The notes below the pieces were generated by a model. The model worked only from the letters and a program-made list of their open reading frames with translations, ran no database searches and was not told the origin of the DNA. Source: Bacteroidales bacterium (lineage in GTDB: Bacteria > Bacteroidota > Bacteroidia > Bacteroidales > UBA1715). Taken from it: DNA of 64,000 nt. A program made the translations under genes and the position numbers. Shown here one piece after another: positions 19,398 to 30,187 of the stretch. How positions within the stretch are numbered: the first letter of the stretch is position 1; each line of letters starts with the position of its first letter. The stretch is taken from positions 38,265 to 102,264 of the forward strand of contig JAZLFM010000054.1 of the NCBI GenBank assembly GCA_045615765.1. The letters are read 5' to 3'.

Positions 19398-20132
19398 ATG
19401 AAACAAGAAGAAATAGATTACACAAAACTTCCTCAACATGTTGCCATCACAATGGACGGAAATGGCAGATGGGCAAAGAGCAAAGGTAATATTAGACTTT
19501 TCGGTCATCAACAAGGAGTAGCCACAGTAAATGACATTGTTTCTATTGCTGCCGAAATTGGTATTAAATATCTAACCCTTTATACATTCTCCACAGAGAA
19601 CTGGAATAGACCAAAAGATGAAGTTTCTGGTCTTATGGATTTGCTTATAAAGGCTACGAAGAAATATATAGATAAGCTTACTAAAAATAACATTAAGCTG
19701 TCGGTTATTGGAGATTTCTCCGGACTACCTGAAACAGTAAAAGAATCGTTGCAATATGTTATCGACAAAACTGCAACCAACACAGGTATGAATCTTATTC
19801 TTGCTATCAGCTATAGCGGTAGATGGGAACTTGTGGATATGGCAAAAAAAATTGCAAACCAATGTGTAAACGGTTCACTTAAACCAGAAGATATAACAAA
19901 CGAAACTATCCAAAACAATCTTTGTACGGCAAATATACCAGACCCTGAATTGCTTATACGCACCAGTGGCGAATACAGAATAAGCAATTTCTTGCTTTGG
20001 CAAATTGCATACACCGAATTATACTTTACCGACGTTTTATGGCCAGACTTTACGAAAGAAGAATTTTTGAAGGCTATTAAAGATTTTCAAACAAGAACTC
20101 GTCGTTTTGGATTAACACAAGAGCAAATTTAA
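19398..20132 (+). CDS. uppS: Isoprenyl transferase (undecaprenyl diphosphate synthase)
   Basis: HVAITMDGNGRWA, TLYTFSTENWNRP and RTSGEYRISNFLLWQ motifs. ATG re-picked at 19398. Confidence 0.92.
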   Translation: MKQEEIDYTKLPQHVAITMDGNGRWAKSKGNIRLFGHQQGVATVNDIVSIAAEIGIKYLTLYTFSTENWNRPKDEVSGLMDLLIKATKKYIDKLTKNNIKLSVIGDFSGLPETVKESLQYVIDKTATNTGMNLILAISYSGRWELVDMAKKIANQCVNGSLKPEDITNETIQNNLCTANIPDPELLIRTSGEYRISNFLLWQIAYTELYFTDVLWPDFTKEEFLKAIKDFQTRTRRFGLTQEQI

Positions 20133-20140
20133 ACGGAACA

Positions 20141-22591
20141 ATGAAGAAATTTCTTGCCATACTTTTCTTAGTAGTTATCAACTCTCTATCTGCAGTTTAT
20201 GCACAAAACGGCATAAAGAAATACAAAATTGCAGAAATAAAAGTAGAAGGTGCAAAATCACTACAAGCACCACCTATAATTCGAACAACAGGATTATATG
20301 TAGGTCAAGAAATTACTATTCCAGGACCAGAAATCACTGCTGCCATTGAGAAACTTTGGGAACAAGGTTTATTCGCTGACGCAAAAATATCTGCATCAAA
20401 AATCGAAGGCGAAAACATTTATTTAACGGTTTCCATACAAGAGCGTTCACGTTTAAATTCACTGCGATACGAAGGTATCAAGAAATCAGAGCAAAACGAT
20501 ATAAACGATTTGCTTGATTTTAAAACGCACATGCAGATAACAGAGAATCAAAAAGATAACGCAGAAAAGAAAATCAAAGCATATTATGACGACAAAGGAT
20601 ACAGAAATGCTCAGATTACGATAAAAGAAGTTGTTGACACTACAGCATTCAACTCTTCTAACATCACGATTTCCATTCAAAAGAATAATAGAATAAAAAT
20701 AAACGACATTATTTTTCATGGTAACGAAGCATTGAAAGATGGAAAACTTCACAGAGCAATGAAAAACACAAAGCGTAAACGCTGGTATGTTTTAAAACGC
20801 TCAAAATATATAGAAAAGAACTACGAGAAAGACAAGAAAAACATTGTAGAGAAATACAAAAAGCTTGGTTATCGCGATGCGACAATCAAAACAGATACAA
20901 TTTATTCTTTTGATTCAACAATGTTGAATATCGAGACGACAATTGAGGAAGGTAAGAAATACTACTTTGGAACAATTTCATGGTTAGGTAATTCTGTATA
21001 CAGCACTGATATCTTAAACAAAATTCTAGCCATAAACAAAGGTGATGTATATGATGAAAATCGTTTACAAGACAAGATATATGGTTTAGATGGAGTAAGT
21101 TCTATCTATCTTGATAATGGCTATTTATTTTTCAACGCCGATCCTGTAGAACTTGGTTCCAATAGTGATTCAATAGATATTCAAATTAGAATATACGAAG
21201 GACAACAAGCTGTAATAAACAACATTACAGTTTCCGGAAACACAAAGACCAACGACCATGTTATTTATCGTGAACTACGAACAAAACCTGGAGAACTTTT
21301 CAGTCGCTCCGATATCATAAGAACGCAACGAGAACTTGCAATGCTTGGATATTTTGACGCAGAAAATATGCAAGTAAATCCTCAACCAAACCCAATGGAT
21401 GGAACAGTTGACATTGAATATGTAATACAAGAAAAATCTTCAGACCAAATTGAAGTTTCATTAGGTTGGAGTGGAAAATATTTCTTAGGATCAGTTCGAT
21501 TGGTATTAAACAACTTCTCTTTAAAAAACACACTCAAAAAAGAATATTGGAGACCTATACCTTCTGGAGACGGTCAACAATTAAGTATTGGTGTCTCGGC
21601 AAATACGAGATACTATCAATACTACAATTTCTCATTCACAGAACCTTGGTTTGGTGGTAAAAAGCCTAATGCATTAACAATATCAGCGTACTATTCTGTG
21701 CGAGCGAACGGTTATGCGCGTTCTAGCGAATATTATGGTAACTGGAGAACTATCGGAGCATCTGTTGGTTTGGAAAGAGACTTAAAAATCCCTGATGATT
21801 ATTTCTCATTATATAATGACATCAGTATTAAGAGATATAAGTTGAACAATTACAATTTGTATCTGCCTACATCATTACCAGACAGCTTAACAGCACGTTG
21901 TTTAACATTAGGAACAACTTTGGCACGTAGTTCAATAGACCAACCATTATATCCACGACGTGGTTCTTCATTCGCATTGCGTTTAGAATTAACTCCGCCA
22001 TTCTCTTTATTTAGAGAAGATGCAAACGATGAAAACCTTTCTGACGAAGAAAGATATAAATGGATAGAATACCATAAATGGACATTTAAATCAAAAATGT
22101 ACACTCAAATTATTGGTGACTTAGTTTTGGAAACACGAATAGACTTTGGTTATGTTGGACATTACAACAAAAATTTCAAGACACCATTTGAACGATTTGA
22201 TGTCGGTGGAGATGGTTTAAGTAATGTATATTATTATGGCACAGATTTTGTTCCTATGAGAGGTTATGATGCGTCAGCACTTAATCCAGAATCTGACGGT
22301 GGAGCATTCTTATACGATAAAATTTCTTTGGAATTACGTTATCCTTTAGCGTTAAAACAAGAAACAACAATTTACGTATTAGCATTTGCTGAAGCCGCCA
22401 ATGCATGGATGAACATCGCGGATTACAATCCATTCGATGTGAAAAGAAGCGCTGGTGGCGGAATACGGCTTTTCATCCCAATGATGGGACTTTTAGGATT
22501 TGATTTAGGTTATGGTTTCGATAAAATTGACGGAAAATCAAATGAAGTTCGCGGATGGCAGCCAACATTTGTATTAGGACAACAATTTTAA
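20141..22591 (+). CDS. bamA: Outer membrane protein assembly factor BamA
   Basis: 816 aa with a signal peptide, POTRA-like repeats and a C-terminal barrel ending FVLGQQF. Conserved position after uppS. Confidence 0.9.
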   Translation: MKKFLAILFLVVINSLSAVYAQNGIKKYKIAEIKVEGAKSLQAPPIIRTTGLYVGQEITIPGPEITAAIEKLWEQGLFADAKISASKIEGENIYLTVSIQERSRLNSLRYEGIKKSEQNDINDLLDFKTHMQITENQKDNAEKKIKAYYDDKGYRNAQITIKEVVDTTAFNSSNITISIQKNNRIKINDIIFHGNEALKDGKLHRAMKNTKRKRWYVLKRSKYIEKNYEKDKKNIVEKYKKLGYRDATIKTDTIYSFDSTMLNIETTIEEGKKYYFGTISWLGNSVYSTDILNKILAINKGDVYDENRLQDKIYGLDGVSSIYLDNGYLFFNADPVELGSNSDSIDIQIRIYEGQQAVINNITVSGNTKTNDHVIYRELRTKPGELFSRSDIIRTQRELAMLGYFDAENMQVNPQPNPMDGTVDIEYVIQEKSSDQIEVSLGWSGKYFLGSVRLVLNNFSLKNTLKKEYWRPIPSGDGQQLSIGVSANTRYYQYYNFSFTEPWFGGKKPNALTISAYYSVRANGYARSSEYYGNWRTIGASVGLERDLKIPDDYFSLYNDISIKRYKLNNYNLYLPTSLPDSLTARCLTLGTTLARSSIDQPLYPRRGSSFALRLELTPPFSLFREDANDENLSDEERYKWIEYHKWTFKSKMYTQIIGDLVLETRIDFGYVGHYNKNFKTPFERFDVGGDGLSNVYYYGTDFVPMRGYDASALNPESDGGAFLYDKISLELRYPLALKQETTIYVLAFAEAANAWMNIADYNPFDVKRSAGGGIRLFIPMMGLLGFDLGYGFDKIDGKSNEVRGWQPTFVLGQQF

Positions 22592-22603
22592 AAATATGTA
22601 GTT

Positions 22604-23119
22604 ATGAAAAAATTAGTAATTCTTTTAGCAAGTATTTGTTTTGCCTTAGTTAGTTACGGACAAAAAACTGTTTATGTAGATACCGATTATCTATTAAGTA
22701 AAATTCCGGCATATCGAGAAGCCCAACAACAAATCGATGCCTTGACAAAGACTTGGAAAACCGAAATCGAAGAACAACGTTCTAAACTAGATGCTTTATA
22801 TAAACAATATCAAGTAGATAAAGTTCTTTTATCGAATGATATGAAGGCAAAAAGAGAACAAGAAATTTTAGATAAAGAAAAAGAATTAAAAGAACTACAA
22901 AAGAAACGTTTTGGAGAAAACGGTGATAGAGTTAAAAAAGAAGAAGAATTAATAAAACCTATCCAAGACGAGATATTCAATGCAATAAAAGACCTTGCCG
23001 CAAACCAAGGTTATGCATTCGTTCTTGACGCTGCATCTAGCACTTACACATTGTTATACAGTGATTCAAAATATGACATTAGCGATGATGTATTAAGAAA
23101 ATTAGGATATATTAAATAA
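22604..23119 (+). CDS. OmpH/Skp-family periplasmic chaperone
   Basis: 171 aa with a signal peptide and a coiled-coil core. Context downstream of bamA. Confidence 0.85.
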   Translation: MKKLVILLASICFALVSYGQKTVYVDTDYLLSKIPAYREAQQQIDALTKTWKTEIEEQRSKLDALYKQYQVDKVLLSNDMKAKREQEILDKEKELKELQKKRFGENGDRVKKEEELIKPIQDEIFNAIKDLAANQGYAFVLDAASSTYTLLYSDSKYDISDDVLRKLGYIK

Positions 23120-23143
23120 TAACAACTATAAAAATAACAGACA

Positions 23144-23656
23144 ATGAAACAATTAGTAAAGGTAGCAACAGTTGCACTATGTTTCTTGGGATTCTCTCTT
23201 GCTTCTCAAGCACAAAAATTTGGTCATATCAACTTAGAAGAACTAGTTGCTGCTATGCCAGAACGAGCAGAAGCTCAAAAAACATTAGAAAAAGAATACA
23301 ATGAGATGAAAGGTATCATAGAAAGTATGACTGTAGAATTCAACAAAAAGTACTTAGCATACAACAACCAATCAGATACATTGACAAAAACAAGTAAGCA
23401 ATTATTAGAACAAGAATTGCAAGACATGCAAACAAGAATTCAACAATATCAACAAAACGCTGAAGCTCAATTAAATCAACGTCAACAAGAATTGTTGAAT
23501 CCTATTTTAGACAAAGCTGAAAAAGCAATAAAAACAGTTGCAACAAAAGAAGGTTTTATCTACATCTTCGACATTAGTACAGGCAGTCAAATTCTATTCT
23601 TCTCTGACAAAAGTATTGATGTAATGCCAGCTGTTAAGAAAGAATTAGGAATGTAA
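23144..23656 (+). CDS. OmpH/Skp-family periplasmic chaperone (second copy)
   Basis: 170 aa with a signal peptide. KFGHINLEELVAAMPE is a typical Skp N-terminus. Confidence 0.85.
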   Translation: MKQLVKVATVALCFLGFSLASQAQKFGHINLEELVAAMPERAEAQKTLEKEYNEMKGIIESMTVEFNKKYLAYNNQSDTLTKTSKQLLEQELQDMQTRIQQYQQNAEAQLNQRQQELLNPILDKAEKAIKTVATKEGFIYIFDISTGSQILFFSDKSIDVMPAVKKELGM

Positions 23657-23682
23657 TTCATTACAACACATCTCACAAAAAA

Positions 23683-23707
23683 GCAGAACAATTTGTTCTG
23701 CTTTTTT
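23683..23707 (+). terminator. Intrinsic terminator of the bamA-ompH operon
   Basis: gcagaaca-att-tgttctgc followed by TTTTTT. Confidence 0.75.
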
Positions 23708-23724
23708 ATTATCTGTACATAAAT

Positions 23725-23755
23725 AAAAAAGGCGAAACAAATGTCTCGCCTTTTT
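23725..23755 (-). terminator. Intrinsic terminator of typA
   Basis: ggcgaaaca...tctcgcc hairpin flanked by A6 and T5, read just 3' of the typA stop on the minus strand. Confidence 0.65.
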
Positions 23756-23772
23756 CTATAATTAATTATAAA

Positions 23773-25575
23773 CTAAGCTTTCTTTTCACGCTTACGTTCA
23801 TTTTCGTCAAGAATTATCTTACGTAAACGAAGTGATTTAGGAGTAACTTCCAAATATTCATCTTTACGAATATACTCCATACATTCTTCCAAAGACATTT
23901 TTCTTGCTGGAGAAATTGCAACCTTTTCATCAGAACCAGAAGCACGCATATTTGTCAATTTCTTACTCTTGCAAACATTGATTACAAGATCATTTTCACG
24001 AATATGTTCACCAATTACTTGACCCGCATAAACTTCTTCACCTGGTTCAATAAAGAATGTACCTCTATCTTGTAGTTTATCAATTGCATAAGCAAATGTT
24101 TGACCTGATTCCATTGCAATCAAAGCACCATTGTCTTTTTCTGGCATATCACCTTTCCAAGGCTCGAAACCAGTGAACAAGTGAGAAATTACAGCTTCAC
24201 CTTCAGTTGCTGTCAACATACTACTTGTCAAACCAATAAGACCACGAGAAGGAATAGAAAATTCAAGATGAACACGATCATTCTTTGTTGTCATGTTCTT
24301 CATTTCTCCCTTACGTTGAGTTAACAATTCAATTACTTTACCAGAAAGACGTTCAGGAACATGAACAGTAACTTGTTCCATCGGTTCACATTTTTGACCA
24401 TCAATTTCTTTGATAATTACTTGTGGTTGTCCGATTTGAAGTTCATATCCTTCACGACGCATTGTTTCAATCAACACAGACAAGTGCATAATACCACGTC
24501 CAAACACATTGAATGAATCTGCCGCACCTGTTTCTTCAATACGCAAAGCAAGATTTTTTTCCAACTCTTTATATAAGCGTTCACGCAAGTGACGTGATGT
24601 TACAAATTTACCTTCTTTTCCAAAGAAAGGAGAATCATTATTTGTGAACACCATAGACATTGTTGGTTCATCAATTGTAATTGCTGGAAGAGCTTCAGGA
24701 TTTTCGAAGTCTGCAACTGTATCACCGATTTCGAATCCGTCCAAACCTACAATAGCACAGATTTCACCACATTGAATTTCTTGTTTTGTTTTTTCCTTAC
24801 CAAGACCTTCAAAAGTATATAGTTCCTTAATTTTTGATTTTACAGTTGAACCATCACGCTTCATTAGCGTTACGTTTTGTCCTCCTACTAATGTACCACG
24901 AGCGATACGTCCCACTGCAATACGACCAATATACGAAGAATAATCAAGAGAAGTAATTCTCATTTGAGTTGTACCTTCAACAACTTTTGGTGCTGGAATC
25001 ACTTCCAAAATTGTGTCTAACAAATATGTAAAATCTGCTGTTGGAGTTTTCCAGTCTGGACCCATCCAACCTTGTTTTGATGATCCATAAACAGTTTTAA
25101 AATCCAATTGATCTTCACTTGCATTCAAGTTACACATCAAATCAAAAACTGCTTCATTTGCACCTTCTGGGTCACAGTTTGGTTTGTCAACTTTATTTAC
25201 AACTACGATAGGTTTCAAATTCATTTCGATTGCTTTTTCAAGCACGAAACGAGTTTGAGGCATAGGACCTTCAAATGCATCAACAAGAAGCAAACAACCA
25301 TCAGCCATATTAAGCACACGCTCAACTTCACCACCGAAGTCAGAGTGTCCCGGAGTATCAATAATATTGATTTTTACTCCTTTATAACGTACCGAAACGT
25401 TTTTAGAAAGAATAGTGATACCACGTTCTCTTTCCAAATCGTTATTGTCAAGAATCAAATCTTGAACTTCTTCATTTTCGCGGAATGTTTTTACTTGATG
25501 TAAAATTCTGTCAACCAATGTCGTTTTTCCGTGGTCAACGTGTGCAATAATCGCAATGTTTCTAATGTCCTGCAT
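23773..25575 (-). CDS. typA: Translational GTPase TypA/BipA
   Basis: [24 protein letters not shown] and NKVD G-motifs. 600 aa. Confidence 0.95.
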   Translation of the reverse strand: MQDIRNIAIIAHVDHGKTTLVDRILHQVKTFRENEEVQDLILDNNDLERERGITILSKNVSVRYKGVKINIIDTPGHSDFGGEVERVLNMADGCLLLVDAFEGPMPQTRFVLEKAIEMNLKPIVVVNKVDKPNCDPEGANEAVFDLMCNLNASEDQLDFKTVYGSSKQGWMGPDWKTPTADFTYLLDTILEVIPAPKVVEGTTQMRITSLDYSSYIGRIAVGRIARGTLVGGQNVTLMKRDGSTVKSKIKELYTFEGLGKEKTKQEIQCGEICAIVGLDGFEIGDTVADFENPEALPAITIDEPTMSMVFTNNDSPFFGKEGKFVTSRHLRERLYKELEKNLALRIEETGAADSFNVFGRGIMHLSVLIETMRREGYELQIGQPQVIIKEIDGQKCEPMEQVTVHVPERLSGKVIELLTQRKGEMKNMTTKNDRVHLEFSIPSRGLIGLTSSMLTATEGEAVISHLFTGFEPWKGDMPEKDNGALIAMESGQTFAYAIDKLQDRGTFFIEPGEEVYAGQVIGEHIRENDLVINVCKSKKLTNMRASGSDEKVAISPARKMSLEECMEYIRKDEYLEVTPKSLRLRKIILDENERKREKKA

Positions 25576-25678
25576 TTGTGTATAATTTTCGCTGCAAATT
25601 TCGTTTAATTTTTTTTTTATGCAAGCACATTATAGTATTTCAACAAAAAAATACATACAACTGTTATACTTATAAAAC

Positions 25679-25710
25679 AAAAAAAGGAAGCCACAACTGA
25701 CTTCCTTTTT
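25679..25710 (-). terminator. Intrinsic terminator of the alpha-oxoamine synthase gene
   Basis: ggaag...cttcc hairpin with a T-run on the minus strand. Confidence 0.55.
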
Positions 25711-25733
25711 ATAAATTAGTAAAACGAGTTTGA

Positions 25734-26993
25734 CTATTTTACTGTAAAGTTTCTCATTTCTTCAGAGTCATATTCTCCTCTTTCCAATTTTTCTTTAACT
25801 TCTTTGAATGCATTCAAAGTATAGTCAACATCTTCAATTGTGTGAGATGCAGTAGAAATCATACGGAAAATAATCATTCCAAGAGGAATAACTGGGTAAA
25901 CTACGATAGAGCAGAAAATCTTATAGTTTTCACGTAAATCGTATGCAATATTAGCTGCTTGGTTAGGACCTCCCTTCAATGAAATTGGAGTAACGCAAGC
26001 TTCTGAAGGACCGATATCAAAACCAAGATCGCGGAAACCTTTTTGCAAGCGACGAGTAACAGTCCATAATTTCTTACGAAGTTCATCACCTTCTGGGCTA
26101 TCGATAATTTCTAGACGTTTCAAACATCCTTCAACGATTGGAAGAGGCAATGCTTTTGCATAGATTTGAGAACGCATATTGTAACGTAAGAAATCAATTA
26201 CATGTTTTTTTGTAGCAATGAAACCACCGATAATAGCCATTGATTTTGCATAAGCACCAATGTAAATATCAATTTCATCCATTACGCCAAAATGTTCAGA
26301 AGTACCACGACCTGTAGGACCCATGTTACCGAAACCATGAGCATCGTCGATCATAATACGGAAGTTGTATTTTTTCTTAAGTGCAACAATTTGGTCAAGA
26401 ATACCAAGAGCACCAGTCATACCATATACACCTTCAGTAATAAGAAGAACGCCACCACCTTGAGCTTCAGCTTCTTTAGTAGCGATTTTCAATTTTTGTT
26501 CACAGCTAACGATATCGTTATGTTTGAATTTGTATGATTTTGCATTGCTCAAACGGATACCATCAAGCAAACAAGCATGTGCTTCAGCATCAACAACGAT
26601 AATATCGTGACGAGTCAACAAAGAATCAATTGTAGAAACAATACCTTGGTAACCAAAGTTGAACAAGAAAGCAGCTTCTTTCTTTTCGAAAGCGGCAAGT
26701 CTTCTTTCCAATTCTTCGTGAAGACTAGTATTACCAGTCAACATACGGCTACCCATTGGAGCAGCAAGTCCCCAACGTACAGCAGCTTCACCATCAACTC
26801 TACGAACTTCAGGATGGTTAGCTAAACCTAAATAGTTATTTAAACTCCAGCAAAGAACATCTTTACCTTGAAATTTCATATGAGCACCGATTTCACCTTC
26901 CAATTTTGGGAATGCGAAATATCCTTCAACTCTTTCTCTAAACTGACCTATTGGACCACCAGTAGACTCAGCAATTCGATCAAAAATATCCAT
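25734..26993 (-). CDS. PLP-dependent alpha-oxoamine synthase family enzyme (serine palmitoyltransferase / BioF / Kbl-like)
   Basis: NNYLGLANHPEV, DDAHGFG and YAKSMAIIGG (PLP lysine region). The substrate cannot be assigned from sequence alone. Confidence 0.75.
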   Translation of the reverse strand: MDIFDRIAESTGGPIGQFRERVEGYFAFPKLEGEIGAHMKFQGKDVLCWSLNNYLGLANHPEVRRVDGEAAVRWGLAAPMGSRMLTGNTSLHEELERRLAAFEKKEAAFLFNFGYQGIVSTIDSLLTRHDIIVVDAEAHACLLDGIRLSNAKSYKFKHNDIVSCEQKLKIATKEAEAQGGGVLLITEGVYGMTGALGILDQIVALKKKYNFRIMIDDAHGFGNMGPTGRGTSEHFGVMDEIDIYIGAYAKSMAIIGGFIATKKHVIDFLRYNMRSQIYAKALPLPIVEGCLKRLEIIDSPEGDELRKKLWTVTRRLQKGFRDLGFDIGPSEACVTPISLKGGPNQAANIAYDLRENYKIFCSIVVYPVIPLGMIIFRMISTASHTIEDVDYTLNAFKEVKEKLERGEYDSEEMRNFTVK

Positions 26994-27133
26994 AGACTTT
27001 ATTAAATTTTACATCATTTTATGCAAAAATACATTTTTTCTATTTCTAAAGACAGATAAAGTCTTTTTTTTACCTATTCACATAGCATATTTTTACAAAT
27101 AATCCGTATTCTTGCGTAATAGAAAAGACAAAG

Positions 27134-28738
27134 ATGTTTCATTTATTTTCTTCCGACATATCTTCTATTCCTCTACCGAATCTATTTACTTGCCCGTTTT
27201 GCTATAGTCCTCACCCATTATGTGTTTTAGCAAAAGAAGAAGTCAATACATTTCTTAAAAATAACGCAGAACTATTATCGGCAGCAGAAGAAGGAAAAAT
27301 GTTTGGCGTACTAATCGTACAAAATGAACGGAAAGAAATCGGATTTCTTGCGGCATTTTCCGGTCAATTGGCAGGAAAGAATCAGCACGATTATTTTGTT
27401 CCTCCCGTATTTGACATTCTACAAGATAGAAAATTCTATCTTGACGAAGACAAGGATATTTCTGCCATAAACGAGAGAATTAAAACAATAGAACAATCGA
27501 AAGAATACCTGCAAGCAAAAGCAGATGTTTTAACAGGTAAGACAGAAAAAGAAACAACTTTACAGAAAATCAAAGAAGAGATGCGTGCTGCAAAGTTGGC
27601 GCGAGAAGAACAGAGGAAACGTCATCTCTCCGAAGAAGAGACACAACAACTTATACGGGAAAGTCAATTTCAAAAAGCAGAATACAAACGATTAGAAAAG
27701 AAATTCAATGAAAAACTCGCAGTTTGTGAACAAGCATTACAAACTTTGGAACAGACAATTGACTCATTAAAAAAAGAACGCAAGCAACTATCTGCCAAGC
27801 TACAAGAGAAATTGTTCTCAAGTTTTTACTTCTTAAACGCCCGAAAAGAGCAAAAAAGTTTGTTCAATATATTTAAAGACTACAAACAAGCATTTCCACC
27901 TGCAGGAGCTGGAGAATGTGCTGCACCTCGACTACTACAAAGAGCATACGCTCTTAATTACCAACCTATTGCCATGGCTGAATTTTGGTATGGGAAATCA
28001 CCTAAGCAAGAAGTAAAAATTCATGGTAATTTTTATCCTGCATGCAAACAAAAATGTGAACCTATTCTACATTTTATGTTACAAGGATTATCTGTCGAGG
28101 AAAATCGTTTGATAAAGAAAAACTTAACTATCAAAATCATATATGAAGACGATACATTGTTAGTCGTTAACAAACCTTCAGGAATGCTTTCTGTTCCAGG
28201 GAAAAGCGAACAAATTTCCGCCTACGAACAAGCCAAAGCAATAACAAATTCAGAAGTTTACACTGTACACAGATTGGATATGGATACTTCCGGAATATTA
28301 GTTTTTGCAAAAACATTAGAAGCACAAAACAATCTACAGCAACAATTTGAAAAAAGACAAACAAAGAAGAAATATATTGCTATTGTAGAAGGAACTCCAG
28401 AAAATAAATCTGGGCAAATATCACTTCCACTTATACCCGATATAGAAAATAGGCCATATCAAATAGTGAACATCGAACACGGGAAAGAAGCTGAAACCTA
28501 CTATGAAATCATAGAAAAGCTAAACGATCGAACACGAATTGCATTTTTTCCAAAAACTGGGCGTACTCATCAGTTACGCATACATGCGGCACATACACAA
28601 GGGTTAAATTGTCCAATTGTTGGAGACAATTTATATGGAAAACCTGCCGACAGACTATATCTACACGCAGAACAACTACAATGTATTCATCCACAAACAG
28701 GAGAAACAATTACATTTACTTGTCAAGTACCTTTTTAA
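27134..28738 (+). CDS. RluA-family pseudouridine synthase with a roughly 330-aa N-terminal extension
   Basis: C-terminal half carries VVNKPSGMLSVPG, HRLDMDTSGILVFAK and the GRTHQLRIHAA catalytic motifs. The N-terminal half is unassigned (see findings). Confidence 0.8.
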   Translation: MFHLFSSDISSIPLPNLFTCPFCYSPHPLCVLAKEEVNTFLKNNAELLSAAEEGKMFGVLIVQNERKEIGFLAAFSGQLAGKNQHDYFVPPVFDILQDRKFYLDEDKDISAINERIKTIEQSKEYLQAKADVLTGKTEKETTLQKIKEEMRAAKLAREEQRKRHLSEEETQQLIRESQFQKAEYKRLEKKFNEKLAVCEQALQTLEQTIDSLKKERKQLSAKLQEKLFSSFYFLNARKEQKSLFNIFKDYKQAFPPAGAGECAAPRLLQRAYALNYQPIAMAEFWYGKSPKQEVKIHGNFYPACKQKCEPILHFMLQGLSVEENRLIKKNLTIKIIYEDDTLLVVNKPSGMLSVPGKSEQISAYEQAKAITNSEVYTVHRLDMDTSGILVFAKTLEAQNNLQQQFEKRQTKKKYIAIVEGTPENKSGQISLPLIPDIENRPYQIVNIEHGKEAETYYEIIEKLNDRTRIAFFPKTGRTHQLRIHAAHTQGLNCPIVGDNLYGKPADRLYLHAEQLQCIHPQTGETITFTCQVPF

Positions 28739-28742
28739 TTTT

Positions 28743-29426
28743 ATGAAACATATTTCTACCATAATTTTCGACCTCGACGGAACGCTCATGGATTCCCTAC
28801 AAGACCTAGCCAATAGCGTCAATTATACTTTACAGTCAATGAACCTACCACAACGAACGATAGAAGAAATTAGAGAATTTGTAGGGAATGGCGTACGAAT
28901 GTTGGTAATACGAGCACTACAAGCTTCTTTACAAGATATACATTCAGACAAAAAATATGAAGAACTCATAGACGATGCAATGTCTTGTTTTAGAAAACAT
29001 TACATGATACATTGCAAAGAGAACACAAGACCATATGATGGCATTATGGAAATGTTACACTCACTTCATGAGAAAGGATACAAACTTGCCATTGTATCCA
29101 ACAAACCACAAAAAGGAGTATCTATACTTCAAGAAGACTTCTTTTCACAATATGTACCAGTTGCTATCGGTGAAAACGAAGCAGAAGGCATTGCAAAGAA
29201 ACCTGCTCCCGACATGGTAAGAAAAGCCTTACAAGAACTACATGAGACTAACGAACATGCTATCTATATTGGAGATTCTGATGTTGATATTGCTACAGCA
29301 AAAAACGCTGGTGTGCCTTGTATCTCCGTATTATGGGGATTTCGTTCAAAAGAATTTCTACAAAATCATGGAGCGACAGTATTCGCAGCTTCACCATCAG
29401 AGATTGTTTCGATTGTTTCCGAATAG
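28743..29426 (+). CDS. HAD-family hydrolase (phosphoglycolate phosphatase-like)
   Basis: IIFDLDGTLMDS motif I, SNK motif II and GDSDVDI motif IV. ATG re-picked at 28743. Confidence 0.8.
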   Translation: MKHISTIIFDLDGTLMDSLQDLANSVNYTLQSMNLPQRTIEEIREFVGNGVRMLVIRALQASLQDIHSDKKYEELIDDAMSCFRKHYMIHCKENTRPYDGIMEMLHSLHEKGYKLAIVSNKPQKGVSILQEDFFSQYVPVAIGENEAEGIAKKPAPDMVRKALQELHETNEHAIYIGDSDVDIATAKNAGVPCISVLWGFRSKEFLQNHGATVFAASPSEIVSIVSE

Positions 29427-30052
29427 GATTTTCTTTGTAATGCTACATAATCAACAAGATCAGGTATTGGATAGCGTCCATATCCCATAAAACGCTGATT
29501 ATAATAAGCAGTTGAAGGATAGTTTGTTAGAATCACCCCACCATGAGTTGCCGCATGTATAAATCGCACAATATTATTTGCAGTATCAACATCTACAACT
29601 AAACCGACATGTCCGACCGACTTTCGTCCATTTCTTCCCATAAAAAAGATTAAATCTCCTTGTTGTACACTATCGTTTGAAATTTTTTGAGGAGTGCCTA
29701 GATATTGTGCAGTTGAACTAGAAGGTAGTGTTATGCCAAAATGTGAAAACACATATCCTGTAAATCCAGAACAATCAAAATAATTCGGGCCTTTGGAACC
29801 ATAATTATACGGAGTACCAAGGTAACTTTCTGCATAACAAATAAGAGAATCTATACAAGATTTTTTAAAAACGCCTATCGTATCATACGCGATTTTTTCT
29901 TGCATCGCAGCAGTATCTTTCACCGATGCTGCCAAGTCTTCTTCTATGGTTTCAATAATAAGAGAATCAAGAGTTTGTGAAAAAGACACACCAATCCAAA
30001 AGACAAAAGTCATCGTCAAGAAGAATCGTTGTATCTGATAAAAAACTTTCAC
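29366..30052 (-). CDS. NlpC/P60 (C40) family peptidase
   Basis: YNYGSKGPNYFDCSGFTGYVF (catalytic Cys) and GHVGLVV (His). The start is uncertain: GTG at 30052 gives a good signal peptide (KVFYQIQRFFLTMTFVFWIGVSFSQ), and ATG at about 30013 is the alternative. The ORF-track TTG start at 30208 lies upstream of the -7 box. Confidence 0.75.
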   Translation of the reverse strand: MKVFYQIQRFFLTMTFVFWIGVSFSQTLDSLIIETIEEDLAASVKDTAAMQEKIAYDTIGVFKKSCIDSLICYAESYLGTPYNYGSKGPNYFDCSGFTGYVFSHFGITLPSSSTAQYLGTPQKISNDSVQQGDLIFFMGRNGRKSVGHVGLVVDVDTANNIVRFIHAATHGGVILTNYPSTAYYNQRFMGYGRYPIPDLVDYVALQRKSYSETIETISDGEAANTVAP

Positions 30053-30071
30053 TTTCTTTTTATTTTGCAGG

Positions 30072-30079
30072 CAAAAGTA
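30072..30079 (-). promoter_or_regulatory. -7 promoter box (TACTTTTG) for the NlpC/P60 gene
   Basis: Plus-strand caaaagta, about 20 nt upstream of the GTG candidate start. Confidence 0.45.
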
Positions 30080-30187
30080 CGAAAAAAAGACCAGTCTAAA
30101 CCATACACATAAAAAATCAACATTTAGCCATGTCTTTTTCTTCTGTTTTGAAACATTTTTTCTAATTTTAACGCAAATTATTACAAT

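Noticed and set aside
25108-25503. 131-aa plus-strand ORF inside typA
   Set aside because: It is antisense to a highly conserved GTPase gene and has no independent signals. It is a shadow ORF.
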